Assembly: GCA_964016885.1 (NCBI GenBank)
Contig: OZ024740.1
Location: 421,724,001-421,788,000, forward strand
DNA length: 64,000 nucleotides
Source: Eledone cirrhosa
Taxonomy: Eukaryota
Direction: 5' to 3'
Of the stretch, positions 1 to 15,000 are shown one piece after another. Every line of letters starts with the position of its first letter. Positions within the stretch are counted from its first letter, which is position 1. Position numbers and translations under genes: made by a program. The notes under the pieces were generated by a model, which worked only from the letters and a program-made list of their open reading frames with translations, did not search any database and had not been told where the DNA came from.

Positions 1-3000
1 ACGTAGATATATGTGTCATATTAAACCTACATAGAAAGGTGGATTAATATAGATATATGTGTCATATTAAACCTACATAGAAAGGTGGATTAACATAGAT
101 ATATGTGTCATATTAAACCTACATAGAAAGGTGAATTAACTTAGATATATGTGTCATATTAAACCTACATAGAAAGGTAGATTAACTTAGATATATGTGT
201 CATATTAAACCTACATAGAAAGATGAATTAACTTAGATATATGTGTCATATTAAACCTACATAGAAAGGTGAATTAACTTAGATATATGTGTCATATTAA
301 ACCTACATAGAAAGGTGGATTAACTTAGATATGTGTGTCATATTAAACCTACATAGAAAGGTGAATTAACTTAGATATATGTGTCATATTAAACCTAAAT
401 AGAAAGGTGGATTAACATAGATATATGTGTCATATTAAACCTACATAGAAAGGTGAATTAACTTAGATATATGTGTCATATTAAACCTTCATGGAAAGGT
501 GGATTAACATAGATATATGTGTCATATTAAACCTACATAGAAAGGTGGATTAACATAGATATATGTGTCATATTAAACCTTCATAGAAAGGTGAATTAAC
601 TTAGATATATGTGTCATATTAAACCTACATAGAAAGGTGGATTAACATAGATATATGTGTCATATTAAACCTACATAGAAAGGTGGATTAACATAGATAT
701 ATGTGTCATATTAAACCTACATAGAAAGGTGAATTAACTTAAATATGTGTCATATTAAACCTACATAGAAAGGTGGATTAACTTAGATAGGTGTGTCATA
801 TTAAACCTACATAGAAAGGTGAATTAACTTAGATATATGTGTCATATTAAACCTACATAGAAAGGTGAATTAACTTAGATATATGTGTCATATTAAACCA
901 ACATAGAAAGGTGGATTAACATAGATATACGTGTCATATTAAACCTACATAGAAAGGTGGATTAATATAGATATATGTGTCATATTAAACCTACATAGAA
1001 AGGTGGATTAACATAGATATATGTGTCATATTAAACCTACATAGAAAGGTGAATTAACTTAGATATATGTGTCATATTAAACCTACATAGAAAGGTGGAT
1101 TAACATAGATATATGTGTCATTTTAAACCTACATAGAAAGGTGAATTAACTTAGATATATGTGTCATATTAAACCTACATAGAAAGGTGAATTAACTTAG
1201 ATATATGTGTCATATTAAACCTACATAGAAAGGTGGATTAACATAGATATATGTGTCATATTAAACCTACATAGAAAGGTGAATTAACTTAGATATATGT
1301 GTCATATTAAACCAACATAGAAAGGTGGATTAACATAGATATACGTGTCATATTAAACCTACATAGAAAGGTGTATTAACTTAGATATATGTGTCATATT
1401 AAACCTACATAGAAAGGTGGATTAATATAGATATATGTGTCATATTAAACCTACATAGAAAGGTGGATTAACATAGATATATGTGTCATATTAAACCTAC
1501 ATAGAAAGGTGAATTAACTTAGATATATGTGTCATATTAAACCTACATAGAAAGGTGGATTAACTTAGATATATGTGTCATATTAAACCTACATAGAAAG
1601 ATGAATTAACTTAGATATATGTGTCATATTAAACCTACATAGAAAGGTGGATTAACATAGATATATGTGTCATATTAAACCTACATAGAAAGGTGGATTA
1701 ACATAGATATATGTGTCATATTAAACCTACATAGAAAGGTGGAGTAACATAGATATATGTGTCATATTAAACCTACATAGAAAGGTGGATTAACATAGAT
1801 ATATGTGTCATATAAAACCAACATAGAAAGGTGGATTAACATAGATATACGTGTCATATTAAACCTACATAGAAAGGTGAATTAACTTAGATATATGTGT
1901 CATATTAAACCTACATAGAAAGGTGGATTAACATAGATATATGTGTCATATTAAACCTACATAGAAAGGTGGATTAACATAGATATATGTGTCATATTAA
2001 ACCTACATAGAAAGGTGAATTAACTTAGATATATGTGTCATATTAAACCTACATAGAAAGGTGAATTAACTTAGATATATGTGTCATATTAAACCTACAT
2101 AGAAAGGTGGATTAACATAGATATATGTGTCATATTAAACCTACATAGAAAGGTGAATTAACTTAGATATATGTGTCATATTAAACCAACATAGAAAGGT
2201 GGATTAACATAGATATACGTGTCATATTAAACCTACATAGAAAGATGAATTAACTTAGATATATGTGTCATATTAAACCTACATAGAAAGGTGAATTAAC
2301 TTAGATATATGTGTCATATTAAACCTACATGGAAAGGTGGATTAACATAGATATATGTGTCATATTAAACCTACATAGAAAGGTGGATTAACATAGATAT
2401 ATGTGTCATATTAAACCTACATAGAAAGGTGGAGTAACATAGATATATGTGTCATATTAAACCTACATAGAAAGGTGGATTAACATAGATATATGTGTCA
2501 TATAAAACCAACATAGAAAGGTGGATTAACATAGATATACGTGTCATATTAAACCTACATAGAAAGGTGAATTAACTTAGATATATGTGTCATATTAAAC
2601 CTACATAGAAAGGTGGATTAACATAGATATATGTGTCATATTAAACCTACATAGAAAGGTGGATTAACATAGATATATGTGTCATATTAAACCTACATAG
2701 AAAGGTGAATTAACTTAGATATATGTGTCATATTAAACCTACATAGAAAGGTGAACTAACTTAGATATATGTGTCATATTAAACCTACATAGAAAGGTGG
2801 ATTAACATAGATATATGTGTCATATTAAACCTACATAGAAAGGTGAATTAACTTAGATATATGTGTCATATTAAACCAACATAGAAAGGTGGATTAACAT
2901 AGATATACGTGTCATATTAAACCTACATAGAAAGGTGAATTAACTTAGATATATGTGTCATATTAAACCTACATAGAAAGGTGGATTAATATAGATATAT

Positions 3001-6000
3001 GTGTCATATTAAACCTACATAGAAAGGTGGATTAACATAGATATATGTGTCATATTAAACCTACATAGAAAGGTGAATTAACTTAGATATATGTGTCATA
3101 TTAAACCTACATAGAAAGGTAGATTAACTTAGATATATGTGTCATATTAAACCTACATAGAAAGATGAATTAACTTAGATATATGTGTCATATTAAACCT
3201 ACATAGAAAGGTGAATTAACTTAGATATATGTGTCATATTAAACCTACATAGAAAGGTGGATTAACTTAGATATGTGTGTCATATTAAACCTACATAGAA
3301 AGGTGAATTAACTTAGATATATGTGTCATATTAAACCTAAATAGAAAGGTGGATTAACATAGATATATGTGTCATATTAAACCTACATAGAAAGGTGAAT
3401 TAACTTAGATATGTGTCATATTAAACCTACATAGAAAGGTGGATTAACTTAGATAGGTGTGTCATATTAAACCTACATAGAAAGGTGAATTAACTTAGAT
3501 ATATGTGTCATATTAAACCTACATAGAAAGGTGAATGAACTTAGATATATGTGTCATATTAAACCAACATAGAAAGGTGGATTAACTTAGATATGTGTGT
3601 CATATTAAACCTAAATAGAAGGGTGGATTAACATAGATATATGTGTCATATTAAACCTACATAGAAAGGTGGAGTAACATAGATATATGTGTCATATTAA
3701 ACCTACATAGAAAGGTGGATTAACATAGATATATGTGTCATATTAAACCTACATAGAAAGGTGGATTAACATAGATATACGTGTCATATTAAACCTACAT
3801 AGAAAGGTGGATTAACTTAGATATGTGTGTCATATTAAACCTAAATAGAAAGGTGGATTAACATAGATATATGTGTCATATTAAACCTACATAGAAAGGT
3901 GAATTAACTTAGATATGTGTCATATTAAACCTTCATGGAAAGGTGGATTAACATAGATATATGTGTCATATTAAACCTACATAGAAAGGTGGATTAACAT
4001 AGATATATGTGTCATATTAAACCTACATAGAAAGGTGGAGTAACATAGATATATGTGTCATATTAAACCTACATAGAAAGGTGGATTAACATAGATATAT
4101 GTGTCATATAAAACCAACATAGAAAGGTGGATTAACATAGATATACGTGTCATATTAAACCTACATAGAAAGGTGAATTAACTTAGATATATGTGTCATA
4201 TTAAACCTACATAGAAAGGTGGATTAACATAGATATATGTGTCATATTAAACCTACATAGAAAGGTGGATTAACATAGATATATGTGTCATATTAAACCT
4301 ACATAGAAAGGTGAATTAACTTAGATATATGTGTCATATTAAACCTACATAGAAAGGTGAATTAACTTAGATATATGTGTCATATTAAACCTACATAGAA
4401 AGGTGGATTAACATAGATATATGTGTCATATTAAACCTACATAGAAAGGTGAATTAACTTAGATATATGTGTCATATTAAACCAACATAGAAAGGTGGAT
4501 TAACATAGATATACGTGTCATATTAAACCTACATAGAAAGGTGAATTAACGTAGATATATGTGTCATATTAAACCTACATAGAAAGGTGGATTAATATAG
4601 ATATATGTGTCATATTAAACCTACATAGAAAGGTGGATTAACATAGATATATGTGTCATATTAAACCTACATAGAAAGGTGAATTAACTTAGATATATGT
4701 GTCATATTAAACCTACATAGAAAGGTAGATTAACTTAGATATATGTGTCATATTAAACCTACATAGAAAGATGAATTAACTTAGATATATGTGTCATATT
4801 AAACCTACATAGAAAGGTGAATTAACTTAGATATATGTGTCATATTAAACCTACATAGAAAGGTGGATTAACTTAGATATGTGTGTCATATTAAACCTAC
4901 ATAGAAAGGTGAATTAACTTAGATATATGTGTCATATTAAACCTAAATAGAAAGGTGGATTAACATAGATATATGTGTCATATTAAACCTACATAGAAAG
5001 GTGAATTAACTTAGATATATGTGTCATATTAAACCTTCATGGAAAGGTGGATTAACATAGATATATGTGTCATATTAAACCTACATAGAAAGGTGGATTA
5101 ACATAGATATATGTGTCATATTAAACCTTCATAGAAAGGTGAATTAACTTAGATATATGTGTCATATTAAACCTACATAGAAAGGTGGATTAACATAGAT
5201 ATATGTGTCATATTAAACCTACATAGAAAGGTGGATTAACATAGATATATGTGTCATATTAAACCTACATAGAAAGGTGAATTAACTTAGATATGTGTCA
5301 TATTAAACCTACATAGAAAGGTGGATTAACTTAGATAGGTGTGTCATATTAAACCTACATAGAAAGGTGAATTAACTTAGATATATGTGTCATATTAAAC
5401 CTACATAGAAAGGTGAATTAACTTAGATATATGTGTCATATTAAACCAACATAGAAAGGTGGATTAACATAGATATACGTGTCATATTAAACCTACATAG
5501 AAAGGTGGATTAATATAGATATATGTGTCATATTAAACCTACATAGAAAGGTGGATTAACATAGATATATGTGTCATATTAAACCTACATAGAAAGGTGA
5601 ATTAACTTAGATATATGTGTCATATTAAACCTACATAGAAAGGTGGATTAACATAGATATATGTGTCATATTAAACCTACATAGAAAGGTGAATTAACTT
5701 AGATATATGTGTCATATTAAACCTACATAGAAAGGTGAATTAACTTAGATATATGTGTCATATTAAACCTACATAGAAAGGTGGATTAACATAGATATAT
5801 GTGTCATATTAAACCTACATAGAAAGGTGAATTAACTTAGATATATGTGTCATATTAAACCAACATAGAAAGGTGGATTAACATAGATATACGTGTCATA
5901 TTAAACCTACATAGAAAGGTGAATTAACGTAGATATATGTGTCATATTAAACCTACATAGAAAGGTGGATTAACATAGATATACGTGTCATATTAAACCT

Positions 6001-9000
6001 ACAAAGAAAGGTAGATTAACTTAGATATATGTGTCATATTAAACCTACATAGAAAGGTGGATTAACATAGATATACGTGTCATATTAAACCTACATAGAA
6101 AGGTGGATTAACATAGATATATGTGTCATATTAAACCTACATAGAAAGGTGAATTAACTTAGATATATGTGTCATATTAAACCTACATAGAAAGGTGAAT
6201 TAACTTAGATATATGTGTCATATTAAACCTACATAGAAAGGTGGATTAACATAGATATATGTGTCATATTAAACCTACATAGAAAGGTGAATTAACTTAG
6301 ATATATGTGTCATATTAAACCAACATAGAAAGGTGGATTAACATAGATATACGTGTCATATTAAACCTACATAGAAAGGTGAATTAACGTAGATATATGT
6401 GTCATATTAAACCTACATAGAAAGGTGGATTAATATAGATATATGTGTCATATTAAACCTACATAGAAAGGTGGATTAACATAGATATATGTGTCATATT
6501 AAACCTACATAGAAAGGTGAATTAACTTAGATATATGTGTCATATTAAACCTACATAGAAAGGTAGATTAACTTAGATATATGTGTCATATTAAACCTAC
6601 ATAGAAAGATGAATTAACTTAGATATATGTGTCATATTAAACCTACATAGAAAGGTGAATTAACTTAGATATATGTGTCATATTAAACCTACATAGAAAG
6701 GTGGATTAACTTAGATATGTGTGTCATATTAAACCTACATAGAAAGGTGAATTAACTTAGATATATGTGTCATATTAAACCTAAATAGAAAGGTGGATTA
6801 ACATAGATATATGTGTCATATTAAACCTACATAGAAAGGTGAATTAACTTAGATATATGTGTCATATTAAACCTTCATGGAAAGGTGGATTAACATAGAT
6901 ATATGTGTCATATTAAACCTACATAGAAAGGTGGATTAACATAGATATATGTGTCATATTAAACCTTCATAGAAAGGTGAATTAACTTAGATATATGTGT
7001 CATATTAAACCTACATAGAAAGGTGGATTAACATAGATATATGTGTCATATTAAACCTACATAGAAAGGTGGATTAACATAGATATATGTGTCATATTAA
7101 ACCTACATAGAAAGGTGAATTAACTTAGATATGTGTCATATTAAACCTACATAGAAAGGTGGATTAACTTAGATAGGTGTGTCATATTAAACCTACATAG
7201 AAAGGTGAATTAACTTAGATATATGTGTCATATTAAACCTACATAGAAAGGTGAATTAACTTAGATATATGTGTCATATTAAACCAACATAGAAAGGTGG
7301 ATTAACATAGATATACGTGTCATATTAAACCTACATAGAAAGGTGGATTAATATAGATATATGTGTCATATTAAACCTACATAGAAAGGTGGATTAACAT
7401 AGATATATGTGTCATATTAAACCTACATAGAAAGGTGAATTAACTTAGATATATGTGTCATATTAAACCTACATAGAAAGGTGGATTAACATAGATATAT
7501 GTGTCATATTAAACCTACATAGAAAGGTGAATTAACTTAGATATATGTGTCATATTAAACCTACATAGAAAGGTGAATTAACTTAGATATATGTGTCATA
7601 TTAAACCTACATAGAAAGGTGGATTAACATAGATATATGTGTCATATTAAACCTACATAGAAAGGTGAATTAACTTAGATATATGTGTCATATTAAACCA
7701 ACATAGAAAGGTGGATTAACATAGATATACGTGTCATATTAAACCTACATAGAAAGGTGTATTAACTTAGATATATGTGTCATATTAAACCTACATAGAA
7801 AGGTGGATTAATATAGATATATGTGTCATATTAAACCTACATAGAAAGGTGGATTAACATAGATATATGTGTCATATTAAACCTACATAGAAAGGTGAAT
7901 TAACTTAGATATATGTGTCATATTAAACCTACATAGAAAGGTGGATTAACTTAGATATATGTGTCATATTAAACCTACATAGAAAGATGAATTAACTTAG
8001 ATATATGTGTCATATTAAACCTACATAGAAAGGTGGATTAACATAGATATATGTGTCATATTAAACCTACATAGAAAGGTGGATTAACATAGATATATGT
8101 GTCATATTAAACCTACATAGAAAGGTGAATTAACTTAGATATATGTGTCATATTAAACCTACATAGAAAGGTGGATTAACATAGATATATGTGTCATATT
8201 AAACCTACATAGAAAGGTGGATTAACATAGATATATGTGTCATATTAAACCTACATAGAAAGGTGAATTAACTTAGATATATGTGTCATATTAAACCTAC
8301 ATAGAAAGGTGAATTAACTTAGATATATGTGTCATATTAAACCTACATAGAAAGGTGGATTAACATAGATATATGTGTCATATTAAACCTACATAGAAAG
8401 GTGAATTAACTTAGATATATGTGTCATATTAAACCAACATAGAAAGGTGGATTAACATAGAGATACGTGTCATATTAAACCTACATAGAAAGGTGAATTA
8501 ACTTAGATATATGTGTCATATTAAACCTACATAGAAAGGTGGATTAATATAGATATATGTGTCATATTAAACCTACATAGAAAGGTGGATTAACATAGAT
8601 ATATGTGTCATATTAAACCTACATAGAAAGGTGAATTAACTTAGATATATGTGTCATATTAAACCTACATAGAAAGGTGGATTAACTTAGATATATGTGT
8701 CATATTAAACCTACATAGAAAGATGAATTAACTTAGATATATGTGTCATATTAAACCTACATAGAAAGGTGAATTAACTTAGATATATGTGTCATATTAA
8801 GCCTACATAGAAAGGTGGATTAACTTAGATATGTGTGTCATATTAAACCTACATAGAAAGGTGAATTAACTTAGATATATGTGTCATATTAAACCTAAAT
8901 AGAAAGGTGGATTAACATAGATATATGTGTCATATTAAACCTACATAGAAAGGTGAATTAACTTAGATATATGTGTCATATTAAACCTTCATGGAAAGGT

Positions 9001-12000
9001 GGATTAACATAGATATATGTGTCATATTAAACCTACATAGAAAGGTGGATTAACATAGATATACGTGTCATATTAAACCTTCATAGAAAGGTGAATTAAC
9101 TTAGATATATGTGTCATATTAAACCTACATAGAAAGGTGGATTAACATAGATATATGTGTCATATTAAACCTACATAGAAAGGTGGATTAACATAGATAT
9201 ATGTGTCATATTAAACCTACATAGAAAGGTGAATTAACTTAGATATGTGTCATATTAAACCTACATAGAAAGGTGGATTAACTTAGATAGGTGTGTCATA
9301 TTAAACCTAAATAGAAAGGTGGATTAACATAGATATATGTGTCATATTAAACCTACATAGAAAGGTGAATTAACTTAGATATGTGTCATATTAAACCTTC
9401 ATGGAAAGGTGGATTAACATAGATATATGTGTCATATTAAACCTACATAGAAAGGTGGATTAACATAGATATATGTGTCATATTAAACCTACATAGAAAG
9501 GTGGAGTAACATAGATATATGTGTCATATTAAACCTACATAGAAAGGTGGATTAACATAGATATATGTGTCATATTAAACCAACATAGAAAGGTGGATTA
9601 ACATAGATATACGTGTCATATTAAACCTACATAGAAAGGTGAATTAACTTAGATATATGTGTCATATTAAACCTACATAGAAAGGTGGATTAACATAGAT
9701 ATATGTGTCATATTAAACATACATAGAAAGGTGGATTAACATAGATATATGTGTCATATTAAACCTACATAGAAAGGTGAATTAACTTAGATATATGTGT
9801 CATATTAAACCTACATAGAAAGGTGAATTAACTTAGATATATGTGTCATATTAAACCTACATAGAAAGGTGGATTAACATAGATATATGTGTCATATTAA
9901 ACCTACATAGAAAGGTGAATTAACTTAGATATATGTGTCATATTAAACCATAGAAAGGTGGATTAACATAGATATACGTGTCATATTAAACCTACATAGA
10001 AAGGTGAATTAACTTAGATATATGTGTCATATTAAACCAACATAGAAAGGTGGATTAACATACATATATGTGTCATATTAAACCTACATAGAAAGGTGAA
10101 TTAACTTAGATATATGTGTCATATTAAACTTACATAGAAAGGTGGATTAACTTAGATATATGTGTCATATTAAACCTACATAGAAAGGTGAATTAACTTA
10201 GATATATGTGTCATATTAAACCTAAATAGAAAGGTGGATTAACATAGATATATGTGTCATATTAAACCTACATAGAAAGGTGAATTAACTTAGATATGTG
10301 TCATATTAAACCTTCATGGAAAGGTGGATTAACTTAGATATGTGTGTCATATTAAACCTAAATGGAAGGGTGGATTAACATAGATATATGTGTCATATTA
10401 AACCTACATAGAAAGGTGAATTAACTTAGATATATGTGTCATATTAAACCTACATAGAAAGGTGAATTAACTTAGATATATGTGTCATATTAAACCTACA
10501 TAGAAAGGTGGATTAACTTAGATATGTGTGTCATATTAAACCTACATAGAAAGGTGGATTAACTTAGATATGTGTATCATATTAAACCTACATAGAAAGG
10601 TGAATTAACTTAGATATATGTGTCATATTAAACCTACATAGAAAGATGAATTAACTTAGATATATGTGTCATATTAAACCTACATAGAAAGGTGAATTAA
10701 CTTAGATATATGTGTCATATTAAGCCTACATAGAAAGGTGGATTAACTTAGATATGTGTGTCATATTAAACCTACATAGAAAGGTGAATTAACTTAGATA
10801 TATGTGTCATATTAAACCTAAATAGAAAGGTGGATTAACATAGATATATGTGTCATATTAAACCTACATAGAAAGGTGAATTAACTTAGATATATGTGTC
10901 ATATTAAACCTAAATAGAAAGGTGGATTAACATAGATATATGTGTCATATTAAACCTACATAGAAAGGTGAATTAACTTAGATATATGTGTCATATTAAA
11001 CCTACATAGAAAGATGAATTAACTTAGATATATGTGTCATATTAAACCTACATAGAAAGGTGAATTAACTTAGATATATGTGTCATATTAAGCCTACATA
11101 GAAAGGTGGATTAACTTAGATATGTGTGTCATATTAAACCTACATAGAAAGGTGAATTAACTTAGATATATGTGTCATATTAAACCTAAATAGAAAGGTG
11201 GATTAACATAGATATATGTGTCATATTAAACCTACATAGAAAGGTGAATTAACTTAGATATATGTGTCATATTAAACCTTCATGGAAAGGTGGATTAACA
11301 TAGATATATGTGTCATATTAAACCTACATAGAAAGGTGGATTAACATAGATATATGTGTCATATTAAACCTTCATAGAAAGGTGAATTAACTTAGATATA
11401 TGTGTCATATTAAACCTACATAGAAAGGTGGATTAACATAGATATATGTGTCATATTAAACCTACATAGAAAGGTGGATTAACATAGATATATGTGTCAT
11501 ATTAAACCTACATAGAAAGGTGAATTAACTTAGATATGTGTCATATTAAACCTACATAGAAAGGTGGATTAACTTAGATAGGTGTGTCATATTAAACCTA
11601 AATAGAAAGGTGGATTAACAGATATATGTGTCATATTAAACCTACATAGAAAGGTGAATTAACTTAGATATGTGTCATATTAAACCTTCATGGAAAGGTG
11701 GATTAACATAGATATATGTGTCATATTAAACCTACATAGAAAGGTGGATTAACATAGATATATGTGTCATATTAAACCTACATAGAAAGGTGGAGTAACA
11801 TAGATATATGTGTCATATTAAACCTACATAGAAAGGTGGATTAACATAGATATATGTGTCATATTAAACCAACATAGAAAGGTGGATTAACATAGATATA
11901 CGTGTCATATTAAACCTACATAGAAAGGTGAATTAACTTAGATATATGTGTCATATTAAACCTACATAGAAAGGTGGATTAACATAGATATATGTGTCAT

Positions 12001-15000
12001 ATTAAACATACATAGAAAGGTGGATTAACATAGATATATGTGTCATATTAAACCTACATAGAAAGGTGAATTAACTTAGATATATGTGTCATATTAAACC
12101 TACATAGAAAGGTGAATTAACTTAGATATATGTGTCATATTAAACCTACATAGAAAGGTGGATTAACATAGATATATGTGTCATATTAAACCTACATAGA
12201 AAGGTGAATTAACTTAGATATATGTGTCATATTAAACCATAGAAAGGTGGATTAACATAGATATACGTGTCATATTAAACCTACATAGAAAGGTGAATTA
12301 ACTTAGATATATGTGTCATATTAAACCAACATAGAAAGGTGGATTAACATACATATATGTGTCATATTAAACCTACATAGAAAGGTGAATTAACTTAGAT
12401 ATATGTGTCATATTAAACTTACATAGAAAGGTGGATTAACTTAGATATATGTGTCATATTAAACCTACATAGAAAGGTGAATTAACTTAGATATATGTGT
12501 CATATTAAACCTAAATAGAAAGGTGGATTAACATAGATATATGTGTCATATTAAACCTACATAGAAAGGTGAATTAACTTAGATATGTGTCATATTAAAC
12601 CTTCATGGAAAGGTGGATTAACTTAGATATGTGTGTCATATTAAACCTAAATGGAAGGGTGGATTAACATAGATATATGTGTCATATTAAACCTACATAG
12701 AAAGGTGAATTAACTTAGATATATGTGTCATATTAAACCTACATAGAAAGGTGAATTAACTTAGATATATGTGTCATATTAAACCTACATAGAAAGGTGG
12801 ATTAACTTAGATATGTGTGTCATATTAAACCTACATAGAAAGATGAATTAACTTAGATATATGTGTCATATTAAACCTAAATAGAAAGGTGGATTAACAT
12901 AGATATATGTGTCATATTAAACCTACATAGAAAGGTGAATTAACTTAGATATATGTGTCATATTAAACCTTCATGGAAAGGTGGATTACCATAGATATAT
13001 GTGTCATATTAAACCTACATAGAAAGGTGGATTAACATAGATATATGTGTCATATTAAACCTTCATAGAAAGGTGGATTAACTTAGATATGTGTGTCATA
13101 TTAAACCTAAATAGAAGGGTGGATTAACATAGATATATGTGTCATATTAAACCTAAATAGAAAGGTGGATTAACATAGATATATGTGTCATATTAAACCT
13201 ACATAGAAAGGTGAATTAACTTAGATATGTGTCATATTAAACCTTCATCGAAAGGTGGATTAACATAGATATATGTGTCATATTAAACCTACATAGAAAG
13301 GTGGATTAACATAGATATATGTGTCATATTAAACCTACATAGAAAGGTGGATTAACATAGATATATGTCATATTAAACCTACATAGAAAGGTGGATTAAC
13401 ATAGATATATGTGTCATATTAAACCTACATAGAAAAGTGAATTAACATAGATATATGTGTCATATTAAACCTACATAGAAAGGTGGATTAACATAGATAT
13501 ATGTGTCATATTAAACCTACATAGAAAGGTGGATTAACATAGATATATGTGTCATATTAAACCTACATAGAAAGGTGAATTAACTTAGATATATGTGTCA
13601 TATTAAACCTACATAGAAAGGTGGATTAACTTAGATATGTGTGTCATATTAAACCTAAATAAAAAGGTGGATTAACATAGATATATGTGTCATATTAAAC
13701 CTACATAGAAAGGTGAATTAACTTAGATATGTGTCATATTAAACCTTCATGGAAAGGTGGATTAACATAGATATATGTGTCATATTAAACCAACATAGAA
13801 AGGTGGATTAACATAGATATACGTGTCATATTAAACCTACATAGAAAGGTGAATTAACTTAGATATATGTGTCATATTAAACCTACATAGAAAGGTGGAT
13901 TAACATAGATATATGTCATATTAAACCTACATAGAAAGGTGGATTAACATAGATATATGTGTCATATTAAACCTACATAGAAAGGTGAATTAACTTAGAT
14001 ATATGTGTCATATTAAACCTACATAGAAAGGTGAATTAACTTAGATATATGTGTCATATTAAACCTACATAGAAAGGTGGATTAACATAGATATATGTGT
14101 CATATTAAACCTACATAGAAAGGTGAATTAACTTAGATATATGTGTCATATTAAACCTTCATGGAAAGGTGGATTAACATAGATATATGTGTCATATTAA
14201 ACCTACATAGAAAGGTGGATTAACATAGATATATGTGTCATATTAAACCTACATAGAAAGGTGGAGTAACATAGATATATGTGTCATATTAAACCTACAT
14301 AGAAATGTGGATTAACATAGATATATGTGTCATATTAAACCTACATAGAAAGGTGGATTAACATAGATATACGTGTCATATTAAACCTACATAGAAAGGT
14401 GGAGTAACATAGATATATGTGTCATATTAATCCTACATAGAAAGGTGGATTAACATAGATATATGTGTCATATTAAACCTACATAGAAAGGTGGAGTAAC
14501 ATAGATATATGTGTCATATTAATCCTACATAGAAAGGTGGATTAACATAGATATATGTGTCATATTAAACCTACATAGAAAGGTGGATTAACATAGATAT
14601 ATGTGTCATATTAAACCTACATAGAAAGGTGGAGTAACATAGATATATGTGTCATATTAATCCTACATAGAAAGGTGGATTAACATAGATATATGTGTCA
14701 TATTAAACCTACATAGAAAGGTGGAGTAACATAGATATATGTGTCATATTAATCCTACATAGAAAGGTGGATTAACATAGATATATGTGTCATATTAAAC
14801 CTACATAGAAAGGTGGATTAACATAGATATATGTGTCATATTAAACCTACATAGAAAGGTGGAGTAACATAGATATATGTGTCATATTAATCCTACATAG
14901 AAAGGTGGATTAACATAGATATGTGTCATATAAAACCTACATAGAAAGGTGTGTGATATATGTGTCATATTAAAGCTACATAGAAAGGTGAATTAACTAT

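Noticed and set aside
67-93. piggyBac-like MITE origin of the monomer (TTAA-ACCT...AGGT-GGA-TTAA)
   Set aside because: The inverted repeat is only 4 bp and is not flush with the second TTAA.
1-184. Four monomers (184 bp) as a nucleosome-phasing unit
   Set aside because: No 4-monomer periodicity is visible in the variants, so this is a numerical coincidence without MNase data.
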